From Blastocladiella emersonii ATCC 22665 (lineage: Eukaryota > Fungi > Blastocladiomycota): a DNA stretch of 64,000 bases. The position numbers and the translations under genes were made by a program. Position 1 is the stretch's first letter. Every line of letters starts with the position of its first letter. Positions 26,682 to 39,307 of the stretch are shown here, piece by piece. The stretch is from positions 1 through 64,000 of the forward strand of contig JANHCV010000004.1 in assembly GCA_025594325.1 (NCBI GenBank), given 5' to 3'. Under the pieces are notes generated by a model. That model worked only from the letters and a program-made list of their open reading frames with translations. It did not search any database and was not told the origin of the DNA.

Positions 26682-26963
26682 TGCCTGCGGGGACTAGCAG
26701 GGGGTGGATTTGCCCCGTTGTTGCATCTGATGGTACGGGCTCAGTCGATTGCGCGGCGACGCAAGGGGCAGTCGAGCTCCGCGGACGATCAGCAGAAGCG
26801 GGAAAACAGGGTCACGTGGCAAATCACATGATTTTGAGGCGCGTCTCGCACGCGTGTCTCCGGCCGTCGACTTTGCTCCGTTGTCAAGGAAGGGAAGCCA
26901 GAGATATGCAAGTCTAACATCTAGTCTATTTCGTCAACAGGTCATCGAACATACAAACCGGTA

Positions 26964-29328
26964 TCACTGGGACTCAAGCACCTCAACTTTGCCAACAAGC
27001 CGCTGCACCCGAGCTACAGCACCCGACTCGAACGCAGCAAAGTCGTTTGCAAGTGCATCCAGCTCACGCCGGGACTGCTCAAGCTCGCCGACGACAAGGG
27101 CATGGGCCTTCATCGAGCTCCGGACCGTGTCGCGCTGCAAGAAGAGCTCGTCCAGCTCCGAGAGAACCGCCTCTCGCTTCTGCTCGAGCCTATGAATTTC
27201 GGGCTCCAGCGTGGCGCGGCGCTCCAGGAGCGACTCCACCTCGGCCTTGAGGGTGTCCCGCTTCGCCTCAAGAGCAGAATCGGCGTTGCTGCCAATCGAG
27301 TCCACAAAGCGTTCGTGCGTGTCCTGGGAGATACCCGAGTCGGCGTGCCGTAGAGAGATCGGTGCTTGGTATGGGTGGAGATTGAGTACTTGATCGAGCT
27401 TCGCCTCGATTGCATTGAGGTCGGCTTTGAGCGGGGTGCGGTGCGTTGCGGCGTGCTTGGACTCCTCCGCGAGGGCAAGCAGCTGGTTTGTTTTCCGCTC
27501 CATGGCGCCATCACCGCGCTTCATTGTCTCGGTCGATTGCACGAGTCTGTTCAGCCGCTCCTCGATCGACAATAGAAGCCGATGGTCAGCATCATGCGTT
27601 TTGGTCACTTTGCTGTCGAGATTGCACAAAAGTTGTGAGGGCGTTTCGCGCAATTGCGTGGTAGTGGCGTCAAGCTTCTGCAAGGAGGCGGAAGCAGAGG
27701 CAGCCAATGGGGCCGCGATGGGCACGGTTTGCGTACTTGGACCCGCATGCGAAAGCGAGGCCACAACCTTGTTGGTCTCAAGAAGTTGCTCGGTAAGCTG
27801 GGCGGCAACTTCCTGCAGTCGAACTTCGATACCGTTGACAGCAGGTAGAAGGTCGCCGACTGCTTGGCGGTTGAGGCATTCACCGAGCTGTGCCCGTAGC
27901 TCATCGTGGCGCCCCGCAGTCTCGGCGCAAAGCTTCAAGACGGCGTCACTCCAGGATGCGCAGTTGCTGGACAGGCCCGAGGTAAGTGCGTCGGTGATAT
28001 CGTTGGTCAAGGACTGAAGCGTCAAAGGCATTGAGTCGAGATGTGCAACGATGGACGAAACGGCAAGATGCATCTCGTTCACGGTTCTGCCCACGGAATC
28101 ATACTTCGCTGCCATGCGATGGAGAGGCGTCGACACTGCGTCGTTGACCGAGAGGCGAGCTTGGTCGGCGGCGTCCCGCATGCCAAGTACGAGGTCATTT
28201 CGTAACTTGTCAATGGTGCAATCTAACGCTCGAACCGCGTTACCCACCTGCTCGTCCGTTGCAGAGACAACCTTGGCTGACTGCTCACGCGCGCTGCGCA
28301 CAATGGTCGACTGAAGAATTTCGATCACCGCTGTTTGGGCAGAGTGAATGTGAGAGCTTGTTTGATCCTTGGCCGCATCTCGAAGGGCTGAGGTCTCGGC
28401 CTCGGCATTCTCGACTCGCTGCCACAAGTCGCGGAGTGCCGATTCGTGAGCGCGCCGTGAAAGTTCCTCAACCTCGGTTTTCTCGCGAGTGGCACTAGCA
28501 GCCTCCATCTGGGCAGCACTAAGTCGTGCTTCAAGCTCGCGTACCGTGACCTGCAGCTGAACGTTGGTCGTTGCAAGCTCGGAGCGCTCTGATAGTAGCT
28601 CGGTGACCTGGCGGGTTGCGCCCTCAAGCTCGAGTCCGAGATGTGCAAGCCCCGGTTGGACTACGCGCGGAATCAGAGCGTGAAGCGCGGCAACCCAGGA
28701 TTCCGCCTCCTCCACGCTTTCGGCCGCGAGTAGCATATCCGTCCGCCGAAGGCAGAGTACGAACTCAAAGCGTCCTTGCTGTGCCTTGTGCTCCTTGGGA
28801 CGAACTTGGCTGCACTCGGTCAGATCCAATACCTTGCTAGACGTGTCCTGTACGAGCAGGGAGAAAAGTTAGACCACGTCGTCCCGACGGAGTTTCTTTC
28901 TGAGGACGTACCTTTTCACCACGCGAAAAGGACAGTGCGCCCGCCCTTACGCCCTTCGAGTACGCGCGCAAGTAGTACCGTTTCCAACTCATGATCGTGT
29001 TGCGGCGCCAAATCCAGCCTGATTTGACGAGACTCGACGTGCAGATAGCTGCATTGTTGATCGTGCCCGTGAAAGACCCGGATGGCGGCAGTTCAGAGTG
29101 AGATGCAAAGACTTGTGATGAACTGAGGTAGTTCGCCAAGCGCCTCGAAGAAAAGTGCGATCGAGTGGTTTGGCGCGAGAAGTGCGTGACGCTCGCCACG
29201 GATTCGGCTTTGCCGGTGTTCGAGACGGAGTCGGTCGGAACGAGACCGTCGGGCGTGATGAAGCTTTCTGGAAGCGGGAGGCGTGGAGGAGCGACGCGAC
29301 GCATTGTTGCCGGATCGGCTAGCTGCAT
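26964..29328 (-). CDS. PH-domain protein with a long C-terminal coiled coil
   Basis: KSGWIWRR...SWKRYYL|...LDLTECSQV...FEFVL...AAESVEEAESWVAAL spans one intron, followed by heptad-rich helices. Confidence 0.85.
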
Positions 29329-29666
29329 GTAGAGTCGAGGCCAAAGTGCAGGACGGAAACTCGTCTAGTCGCAGTAGTTCTAGTACATTGCATGAAGTGT
29401 GATGACGGGGGGAGCGGGAGCCTGAGCGAAAGCGCGCGCGCTGTTTTGCTCGCCGAGAGACAAAACGAATTTCGCGCGACGCGTCGCGCCGTCTCCCAAG
29501 CGCGCCTCCGTCTCACGTGCTGCTTCTTCCTGCGCAATCGCATAAAAACTGTCTCCCTTCCACCCGAGACCCACGAGAAAATCAGTGCTGATGAAATCCA
29601 GATGCTTGAGGCGGTGTGGTAAATCAATAGTTTGTATGCGTTGCTGACGAGGTGCTGCTGGTTGGC

Positions 29667-30470
29667 TCAGGTCCGCGACGCAATGTACATGCCTTCCTGC
29701 GCAATCCACTCCGTGTTTTTGCCATGCGAAGCGACAGCGGACACCTCGAGCTGACCAGGAATCGGCGCAGCGTAAGTGTAGGACGTAGAGGCGTGGAGGA
29801 TCTTGTTCGTGACGGCGTGGACGAAGGTGACGGGCTCCTCGCGGGCCCAAATGGGTCTCGAAGACTTGCACTGGACAATCCAGTCATCGCCGTGGTCGCC
29901 ATGTGCGTACGTGCTCACCTCCTGGTTGCCGGAGAGGGGCGACGCGTGATCACGATGGGAGTGCAGGTACTGCGACATCGCGACGTGCTGAAGGCGAATA
30001 ACGGAGCCGCACTGAATCGGATTGCTGGGTCGGGATAATATAGGGTGTTTTCGGGTCATTGGCGGTGGGTGAGTCGACGTCAGTGGAGCGCCCATGCGAG
30101 AACGAGGGTGGAAGCGGACGCACCCGCGCGGGCACTCGGCGCCATGGCCAGCCTCCACAATCCAGAGAGAACTCGGGTCATCGCGAGCGGGGTTGCAAGT
30201 GACGCTCAGCTGGCCGGAACCCGACCCGTAGGGGATGTTGTGGCTGTGGAGTTTGTGTCCGCTGGAGGCGTGGGTCAGCTTGACCGCGGACCCACATGTC
30301 ACACTTTCAAACTCTACGGCATATTGAGCGTAAGAGTCGCGGGTTCAGCACAGCAGTTAGTCGTGCGCGCAGGGCGAGGTACCAGGGTCGAGGTCGAGGG
30401 CAGACGAGGGTACAGCCCCAACGACGATAGAAACGAGCGCAGCAAGGGCAAATGCATTCAAGAAATTCAT
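29667..30470 (-). CDS. SDF2: SDF2-like secreted MIR-domain protein
   Basis: Signal-peptide exon MNFLNAFALAALVSIVVG, followed by three MIR repeats (TCGSAVKLTH..LHSH, QCGSVIRLQH..LHSH, PLSGNQEVS, GQLEVSA). Confidence 0.93.
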
Positions 30471-30683
30471 TGCAACTAGTTTGAGGGGATCTTCTGCGTG
30501 GGGTAGGGCGTACGTGGCGCGAAGGGGGCGGGAGACTTGGGCTGGCGTGCAGCACGCAGGGCGTGGCGGTGCGGGCGTCGTCGGCTTCCATGAACAACAC
30601 GTCCCGGATGTCGCGGCGAGGTTGTTCGCGCTAAGAAGAATAAGCTGTGAATTATTAGTTACAAATGAGGACATCCGTTGCGC

Positions 30684-31692
30684 TCAGAATTGCTTGACGA
30701 GGTAGGTCGGGAAGAAGGCGTGGTGCGTCTCGAGGTGCACGACCTGGACCGCGTGCTCGAGGTTGACGGTCGTGAGCCGGTACGTGGCGTCGGGCCGGGC
30801 CTGGGCGCGCGCGACGTCGGCCTCGGACACGCCCATCCACCCGGCGGCGGCGGAGGCGGGCCCGCCAAAGCCGACCTCGAGGAGCGGCCACGCGTTCCTG
30901 TCGCCGTGGTGGCCGCCGCCGGCGTCATCATCACCGTGACCGTGACCGCTGGTGCGGCGCCGGGCCTGGATCGCGGCAATGAACGCGTCGAGCGTCGGCG
31001 TCGGCGTCCCGTCCACGTCCGTGATAAAGACGCACGACGTGAGCCGGTCGCGGTGCGCCGGCGACCCCGTGTACATGACCGACACGTACACGCCGTCCGG
31101 CCGGTGCTTCATGTGGAACCCGAGCGCACGGTGCGCGTCCTGCACCACCACGCCCGACCACACGACCGCGCGCGTCGCGACCGTCGGCGAGAGCCGCGAC
31201 CACGGCACGCGCACCGCCACCTCGCGCCCGTCGCGGAACAGGACCAGCTCGGCAGATGCGGACGCGGCCGCCGCGTGGCCTGGGCCGCTGCCGCCGCCGC
31301 CGCCATCGGCGTCCTCGGGGTCGACGAGGCGGCACAGGTCTGCGGCGCTCGTGACCAGCTGGCCGTCGACCGCGAGGACCAGGTCCATCTCGTGCACCGC
31401 GCCGACCAGCGGCGACCCGCTGAGGACGCGCCGCACCGACACGATCGAGAAGGTCCGCGGGTCCGCCGCGTGCATCGCGCGCACCCACGCCATGGGCAGC
31501 CCGCAGTCGACGGCCTTGCAGTACCGCGTCTCGGTCAGCTCGACGTCGAGCGTGCGGTACACGGGCAGGCGCCGCTGCTGCGCCTTGGCCGTCTCGAGCG
31601 GGTCGTTGAGGGCAGTCGGGAAAGAAGACGCCGCCGCTGCCGGCATTGCGCAGTCCTCGACGACATCGAGTCCGCTGCCAAAGCCCTGCTCG

Positions 31693-31725
<33 letters not shown>

Positions 31726-34700
31726 GGCTGGACTCGGGCGGGCGCGGCGGTGTAGTCCACGGCCGTGGTCTCGAGGATGCGCTGCAGCGCGCATACCATG
31801 GGCGCGAGGTCACCGACGTGGGTCCCGACGTAGGTGCCCGCGGGACAGTGCCCGAGCCACACGGCGAGCACGGTCCCGCGCGCGTCGCACAGCACGCCCG
31901 CCGCGTCGCGGCAGCCCGTGGCCTGAACCGCGCGGTCGAGGTTGACGGTGCGGTGCTGCGGCGGGTACTTTTCGCCGACGAAGGCGAACCCGACCGACGT
32001 GACGGTCGCCGAGGCCACGCCGAGCAGGCCCGAGGACACGGACAGCGTCGCGTAGGTCGCCGAGTCGCCCGGGTGCAGCAACGTCAGCGAGGGGTCGCCC
32101 AGCTCGTTATCATCGTCATCCGTCGGGTTGGAATCGGTTGCGGCAGCCGCCGCGGCCGGGTAGGCGCACATGCGGTCGAGTACCTCGCGGCCGGCGTGGT
32201 TGTGGTCGTCGGCGTCCTCGTCCTCAATGTCGGGCGCTGCGGAGCCGCCGCCGGTTCCACTCGCGCAGGAAGCAGCAGTGGGGGTCGACGACTCCAACCA
32301 GGCGGCCCAGTCAGCAGCGGTCGACGAAGACACGGCCGTCGGGTCAGAGTCGCAGGCAGCCGCAGTCGCGCGGGACCCCGAGGCGGGTCGAGCGATGCGG
32401 ATCCCGCGCAGCGAGCTCGCCTCGGGACACCGCGGGTCGTAGTGCAGCCACACGGCCGTGTGCAGCGGGTCCGCCGCCACGATGCGGCACGGCACGCGGT
32501 GCGTCATGCCGACGAGCAGCGACACGTGGCCGATGCGCAGCGGGCACGTCCACCGGTCCGCCAGCACCAGGCCGGCAGCCGCGTCGACCACGATCCCGAC
32601 GCCCGACGTGTACGGCGCCGAGACGCCGTCCATGCTGAGCCCCGACCGCACCTCGACCACCACGAGGCTGCCGCGCACGGCCTCCATGACAGCGCGGTGC
32701 TTGCTGCTCGCGGAGATGGCCTGCTGCGGGCACATGTCCTTGGTGGCGGTGGTGGTGGTCGCTGTCGGCGTGTCCGGTTCGGGAAGAGTCGCGGTGGCGG
32801 CGCTAGTAGTACGAGCACGCGCGAGGATCGCGTCGAGCGCCGAGGGCGAGGCGGGGCCGTCACTACCTTCGAGCTCCTCGGATGCGGGCGACGAAGTCGA
32901 CGAACCAGACCCGGCCTCGAGCCGGCGCAGGTCGCCCACCGACTCGGCCGTCAGCGGCGCGCTCGTCCACGCAAAGTCGCGGCGCACCCACACCTTGGGC
33001 CGGTCAAACACGCGGTCCACCTCGACCACCTTGACGAGCTCGACGTGCTTCTTGGCCAGCGCATAGTACCGCACGGGCACGCGCGCGCCGTGCGGCAGCG
33101 CCGCCAGCACGCCCGCCAGGTCCGCCAGCGACCGGACGGGGCGGTGCGCCACGGCCACGACCATGACGTGGTTCGGGATCCCCGCCACGCCAAACGCGTT
33201 GCCCGCCTTGGCGAGCATCACGCCGCCGACCGGGTGCATGTACGAGCGCGCGAGGTGCACCGACAGCGCGTGGAACACGTCGCCGTTGGCCGCGAGGAAC
33301 GCGGGCGGCGTCAGCGCGTGCCCGTCCTCGACGCGCGCGATGCGCACGGCCACCTCGCGCCCGCCGCGCAGCACGACCAGGTCGATCGGCTGGCCGACGC
33401 TCGCGTCGAGGTACGCGGCGAGCGACCGAAAGTGGCTGACGAGGTGCCCGCGCACGCGCAGCAGCACGTCGCCCGGCACCAGCCGCTCGCTCCTGTCGGT
33501 GCTCTTGTTGGTTGTGGACCGAGTCGCCGAACTGGGACCAGCACCAGGGCGAGATCCAGCACCAGGCCCGCCCGGGATCACGGTGCGCACGGCGAGGCAC
33601 CCGTGCAGCGACGGCTCGAGCGCGCGGAACTCGGCCTCGAGCGCGGGCGGCAGGCCCATGCGCCGCGCCTCGTCGTACGTCTTCTGCACAAACTCGACCT
33701 GCAGCGTGCCGCGCGGGACGCGCTCGCCGCGGCGAATGTGGTCGAGCGCGACCACGACGCGGTCGAGCGGCAGGTAGAAGCTCGACGCCGACACGTTGGA
33801 CCCGCCCGCGTTGAGCGCGACGGCGAACCCCTGCTCGTTGAGGACGGGCGACCCCGAAGACCCGCCCGACGTGTTGGACGAGGCCTGGATGTAGAAGGTG
33901 CTGTGATGGGGGGGTGCGTTTTCCTCAACGTTAGTGGTGCCGTGTTGGCAAGGATCGATACCAAAGTAAACGCACTTGAAGTCGCAGTACGTCGCCTTGC
34001 CGTAGTTGGCGCACGGGCGGTCGATGCGCGCAATGGTGCCCGCGAGGATCGACAGCTTCTCGCCATCGTCGGCGCCCGGGACGCGCACCGCCGTGCCGAC
34101 GCGCGCCGCGTGCGGGGCGAGCGGGATCTCGGGCCCGTGTCCGTGCTCCCCCGCATTGCCCATGGCCGCCCACACGGGGCACGCGCGCGGGTCAAACTGC
34201 ACCACGCCAAAGTCGTGGACCGGGTCGGCGTACACGACGCGCGCGGGCACCTCCTCGGCCGACCGCAGCAGCAGGCGCAGCAGCACGGGCGCGTCCGTCA
34301 CCACGTGCTTGTTGGTCAGCACGAGCCCGCGCGCCGCGTCGCACACGAAGCCCGTGGCCGAGTACACGCCGCTTGCGTAAGTGTCGAACGTCGACGGCAC
34401 GGCGAAGCGCACCGTGACGATGGCCGGGATCGCGCGCTCAAGCGCCGCCGCCCAGTGGTCCTCGCTCGCCGCGGTCGATGCCGATGAGGCGGTAGTGGTG
34501 GCCGCCGCCGCGCTCGTGCCGGTACCGATACCGATACCGATACCGAGGGCGATGCTGTTCTGCGTGACGGTGCGGGTGCGGGTGCGCGTCCGGGTGCGCT
34601 GCTGCTGGAGCGGGCTGGATGGAGCCGAGACACGCGCGTGCTTGGCCTGACCGCCGCTGCCGTCGCCGTCGTCGTGATGAGCGGGCGCCTGCTCCTCGGC

Positions 34701-34772
34701 CTCGGCAGCCGCCGCAGCGGGTGTCGGCAGCTCGGGCGAGCGTGACGGCGCCTCCTCTTCCTCGTCCTCGTC

Positions 34773-34816
<44 letters not shown>

Positions 34817-34856
34817 ACACGGGCACCTCGTGCGCCTGGTGCAGGTCCACGTCCAC
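30684..34856 (-). CDS. NMA111: Nma111/Ynm3-type HtrA serine protease (two protease-like domains + PDZ); true start unresolved (candidate ATG 35014)
   Basis: Catalytic triad LTNKHVV / DPVHDFG / TSGGSSGSPV, ASSFYLPLDRV, a second degenerate protease domain and C-terminal PDZs. A 75-nt intron lies at 33901-33975. Confidence 0.92.
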
Positions 34857-35228
34857 GTCGGCAATCTCGGCGAGCGGGGCGGACGGGCGCGTCGCTACTC
34901 GTCGGGCCGGTCAGCGGTCGCACGAGCGCGGCTGTGTCGTTGTCAGGCGTACCTGTCGAAGCGGCGAAGCCACGGCGGGCGCGGGCCGTCGTCGCTGCTG
35001 TTGGTGGTCGTCATTGTGTGTGTCGATCGCGGTACGAGCGACCCCTCGTCGAGACGAGATGAGATGAAGGGGGATCGCCGGCCGAAGAGCGCAGGGCGAA
35101 AACGCGCATCGCGACGCGCGACGCGTCTTTGCTGAGCGCCGCACGTGACGCGTCGGCAGGCGCGGCGATCTCTCTTCGTTCGTTTGTGAGGGCGACCGCA
35201 CTCCCTCCCTCCCTCCCTCCCAGGTAAA

Positions 35229-36923
35229 ATGGAGCAAATGGACAGCGAGGCAGAGTGGGCGCAACTCGCCGAGGCCGCCGTCACCGCGGGCGACCCGGCC
35301 GCCGTCCGCCGCGCGAGCGAGTGGCTGCGGCACCACCACGCTGCGCTCACCCCCGCGGGCCCCGATGCGTCCCGCCCCTTCTTTGCCCTCTTCATGGCCG
35401 CGCAGAACGGCGCTGGTTGCACCGGGAACAGCCGAGCTTACGCCGCTGCGATCCGCGTCCTCGCCGACCTGACGCTCGCCCTGCACCGCGACGGGAACCC
35501 GGCCGCGCCTGCCGCCCTCGTCGTCCCACACCTGGCGCCGCTCGTCACGGCGCTCTCGCTCTCGCCCGACCTTGCTGCCCGTGCCGAGGCCCATGCCGTC
35601 CTCGCCCACGCGCAGTCGCTCTCGCAAGGCGCTACCGCGCTGGGCCCAGCACCGACGTTCCCCGCCGATACCTTTGCGCAGTGGATGCAGTCTCTCGGTC
35701 CTGTCGCCCCGCCGGCTGTTGCGCCACCGCCTCCGCCAGAAGCTCCGCTCGCATCGGCAGAGCTGTACAATGCCCTCGCCGCCCTGCTCTCAGCACAAGC
35801 GCAACCAGTGCCTGGCCTCGCTCCAGCTGCCGTGGACCCGCGGCTGCCCCTGCCGACCATCCCGCACCCGCTGCCAGCGCACCCGCTGCCAGCGCACCCG
35901 CTGCCAGCGCACCCGCACGATTGGTCTCGCAGCGGCAGTCACCCCGCCCTGGTCCCCGCCTCAGCCGCCCGCAGCGATCTGGACGCTTCGGATGCCGAAC
36001 GGGTCCCAACCCCACGCAGTCCGAGTTCTGCCCGTAACTGTGATGGAGGGCGTGCCGGTGCTCGGGACAGCAGAAGTCGGAGTCGGAGTAGGAGTCGGAG
36101 CTATAGTCGGAGCCGGAGTCGCGAGCGCTGGCACCGCGTGTCTCACCGGAGCCGCAGCCCTCGCGGCCATCCTGCCCGCTACGAGCGCGGCCGTCGTCTC
36201 AGCCCTCGCAGCAGTCGCCGTCGTTCCGGCAGTCGCAGTCGCAGTCGGAGCAGGACCCGCACTCGCTACGACGGCCGCGGTCGGAGTCGGAGTCGGAGTC
36301 GCAATCGCAGTCGCAGCCGCAGCCGGAGTCATAGTCGGAGCAGGACGCCACCACGGACTCGATCGGCGACGACGCGATTAGACCGTGCGAAGTGCGACGC
36401 GAACGCTCTGGCGCAGCTTCGAAGTAGCGGTGCCCTCGCCGCGGGCGACGTCTTTACTACGCTCGCGGACCCGCACGCACTCCCGGCGGGCGTCCTCGTC
36501 GACTGCCTCCGCGAACTCGACCAACCCCGATCGGGCAAACCACGCGCTCATGCCGCCGAGCTCGACCCGGACGCCCTCCTCGACTGCGTCCTGACGCGCG
36601 CAACCGTGCAAGGCGCGTACCGGTTACCGCCCCCGCCACAACAACAGGCGCAGATGCACGCCGCGCTGGACTCGCTGTACGCGACCGTGACGCGGGCCAC
36701 CGCGGCGGCGGCGCGGGCGGGCGTTACCGTCTCCGCTGCAGCCGCTGCGCATGGACCCGGCTTCGGGATCACCCTCACTACTGCCGCCGTCGTCGACGCG
36801 GACGGGTGGAGCCTGGGCTTCGTGCCACCGCCACCGAGTCGCGCGCGGCCCGGTCCCGCTGCCGCTGCTCCCACCACGGCCGCCGGACTCTCGGACCCCG
36901 CTCGCGCACCCGCGCCCTGGTAA
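35229..36923 (+). CDS. RS-domain protein, CHERP-like (CID-like N-terminus, RS tract, CHERP-like C-terminal motifs)
   Basis: Single 564-aa ORF with long RSRSRS repeats. LPAG...LDP...RLPPP...AALDSLY...DADGWSLG recalls a conserved CHERP segment (from memory). Confidence 0.6.
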   Translation: MEQMDSEAEWAQLAEAAVTAGDPAAVRRASEWLRHHHAALTPAGPDASRPFFALFMAAQNGAGCTGNSRAYAAAIRVLADLTLALHRDGNPAAPAALVVPHLAPLVTALSLSPDLAARAEAHAVLAHAQSLSQGATALGPAPTFPADTFAQWMQSLGPVAPPAVAPPPPPEAPLASAELYNALAALLSAQAQPVPGLAPAAVDPRLPLPTIPHPLPAHPLPAHPLPAHPHDWSRSGSHPALVPASAARSDLDASDAERVPTPRSPSSARNCDGGRAGARDSRSRSRSRSRSYSRSRSRERWHRVSHRSRSPRGHPARYERGRRLSPRSSRRRSGSRSRSRSRTRTRYDGRGRSRSRSRNRSRSRSRSHSRSRTPPRTRSATTRLDRAKCDANALAQLRSSGALAAGDVFTTLADPHALPAGVLVDCLRELDQPRSGKPRAHAAELDPDALLDCVLTRATVQGAYRLPPPPQQQAQMHAALDSLYATVTRATAAAARAGVTVSAAAAAHGPGFGITLTTAAVVDADGWSLGFVPPPPSRARPGPAAAAPTTAAGLSDPARAPAPW

Positions 36924-37196
36924 CACCAACTGTTCGGATACATCACATGCGCCGTGCCCACACTCTCGCGGATGAAATTGTCTCTCTCCCCGCACTCGCT
37001 CGCGCTCGCGAGAGCAAGCGTATTTGTCCCTGTGATTCCCTGTGAGCGGGCAAAGTCGATGGTTGGCCCCCGATCATGTCGGCCGCTCGCTCGGGCGGTG
37101 GGGCCGGCCGCTCAAAACCCCTGCTCACATCCGCCCTCCTCCACCCTCCTCACCATCCTCTCATCCCGAGGCCCCAGCAGCAACAAGTTTATCCAG

Positions 37197-39127
37197 ATGG
37201 AGGCCACCCCCATCCAGCGCCTCGAGCCCGGGACCGCCTTTGTTGCGTGGACGTGGGCCGCCAGCGTCACCACGCTCGTCGCCTTTGCCTCGGCCGCGGT
37301 CCTCCTCACGCGCCGCCACTCTGCTGCCCAGCGGTGCAAGTCGAACAGCAGCAGCGACGATGGCGCCGGAACCCCCAAGCCGCCCGCCGGCGACGACGCC
37401 TTTGACACGGAGCAGTTCATCACGGCGCGCGGGACGCAGCCGTGGGCGCGCATCGGGTACTCGTTCTTTGCCGGCGCGCTCGGCGCCTGGGCCATTGCCA
37501 CGCCGGCCAACATGGCGGCCACGGCCGGGTACATTGGGCTCGTGTCGTACGCCGTGTCGACGGGCATCCCGACGGTCCTCGTCGCGTTTGCCGGCGAGCG
37601 CATGCAGCGGCTGCTCCCGCGCCCGCTGTCGCTGTCCGACTTTGTGCTCTGGCGCTACGGTACGCTCCCTCACCTGTCGGCGGTCGTAGGTGGTTGTCGT
37701 CGTTGGGTGGGTGGGTGGGTGGGTGGCTCGGCCTGTGGCGGCGCCGTATGCCGCTGCTGTTTCGCGCGCTGCACGGCGCGATCACTCTTCTGATCAACCC
37801 GCCCTTACACACTTCCCTCGCTGCTCAATCTCACATACTCGCGCCCTACGCAACCACGCACACCCATCTATAGGCCGCGTCGCCCAGGTCTTTGTCGCCG
37901 CCATCTGCATCCTCAGCATGGCCCTCTTCATCGTCAGCGAGTACTCGACCATCGGGTCCGTGTTCGAGACCTTCGTCAAGTCGTCGCAGTACCCGATCAT
38001 CGTGCTCGTCGCGCTCGTCACCGCCGCGTACACGGCGTACGGCGGCCTGCTCATCTCCATTGTCACGGACCAGCTGCAGGGCATCTTCGCCCTCGCCCTG
38101 ACGGCGCTGCTCGTCGTGTTCGTCGCCGTCACGTTCCCGCAGCTCGAGGGCGGCCTGCCGCCGTTCCCGCACGACACGCTCGGCGCCACGAGCTACGGGT
38201 GGTCCACGGTGCTGACGCTGCCGTGCTCGCTCGTCGCGTCCACCTTCTTCTCCGAGGCCAACTGGCAGCGCGTGTGGGCGGCCGAGAGCCCCGCGGCGCT
38301 GCGCAAGGGCGCGGCGTTCGGGTGCGCGCTCATCGTGGTCGCCATGGCGGCGTTTGGCGCGTGCGGCCTGCTGAGCATGTGGGCGTTTGCGCCGAGCACC
38401 GACGCGCAGTACGCCAACCTGTTTCTCTTCTACGTGCTGGGCGACCGCCAGTACTCTTGGGTCGGCGTGCTGGTCGTGGTCCTCGCCGTGACCATGAACA
38501 TGGTACGCTTTTACGCGCCTTGCTCCCACCCGCCCGCGGGCTGACCTAATTACTGAACGATACCACCAACAACAGTCGGCCGTCGACAGCGTGCAGAACG
38601 CGCTCACGGCCACGGTCACGGCCAACCTGTTCCGCGACCGCCCGCTCCGGTTCACGCGCGCCGTCGTGTTCCTCATCAACGTGCCGCTCATGGCGGTCGG
38701 CTTCCTCACGCTGCCCGCGCTCAACCTGTTCCTCGTCAGCAACCTGCTCACGACGGGGTCGGTGCTGCCGCTGCTGTCGGGGCTCGCCGACCCGCACCGC
38801 AGGTACGTGTCCGGGTACACGATGATGTTCGGCAGCGTGTCCGCGGCCGCGGCGCTGACCGGGTACGGGTGGATCACGCAGGGCAGCTTCGGCGACGGGT
38901 TCGTGTGGGCGTGGTGGGGCAACGGGTACGACCTGTTCGCGTTCCTGGTCCCGCTCGTCGCGTCCGTCGCCGGGCTCGCCCTGTGGACCGCGGGCGCCCT
39001 CGCCGCACAGGCCCTGTTCGGCATCGCCGGCCAGGGGTACACGGCCGAGATGCGCGCCGTGCTCGACCGCATGAACTCGTCGGCCCTCGTCGCCAGCAAG
39101 GACGACGTCAACGTCAAGGAGCCCTGA
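37197..39127 (+). CDS. Sodium:solute symporter-family transporter (3 exons)
   Basis: FITARGTQPW..SFFAGALGAW, YTAYGGLLISIVTDQLQG and ANWQRVWAA motifs, with about 13 hydrophobic segments. Confidence 0.88.
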
Positions 39128-39307
39128 TGTTTGCATTTTCAATTAGACATCTTGTTATTCAAACCAAGTATGTACAGGTCAAACTCGGTGAGAAACCTTG
39201 GTGACAAGAGCTCAACGCGGCTGGCCTCTGGCCCGGTCGGTGACGGTGGAAACAATGCATCGAGGTGTAATCAAAATTGGAGGGCGTCTATTGCAACTTC
39301 GTGGCCA

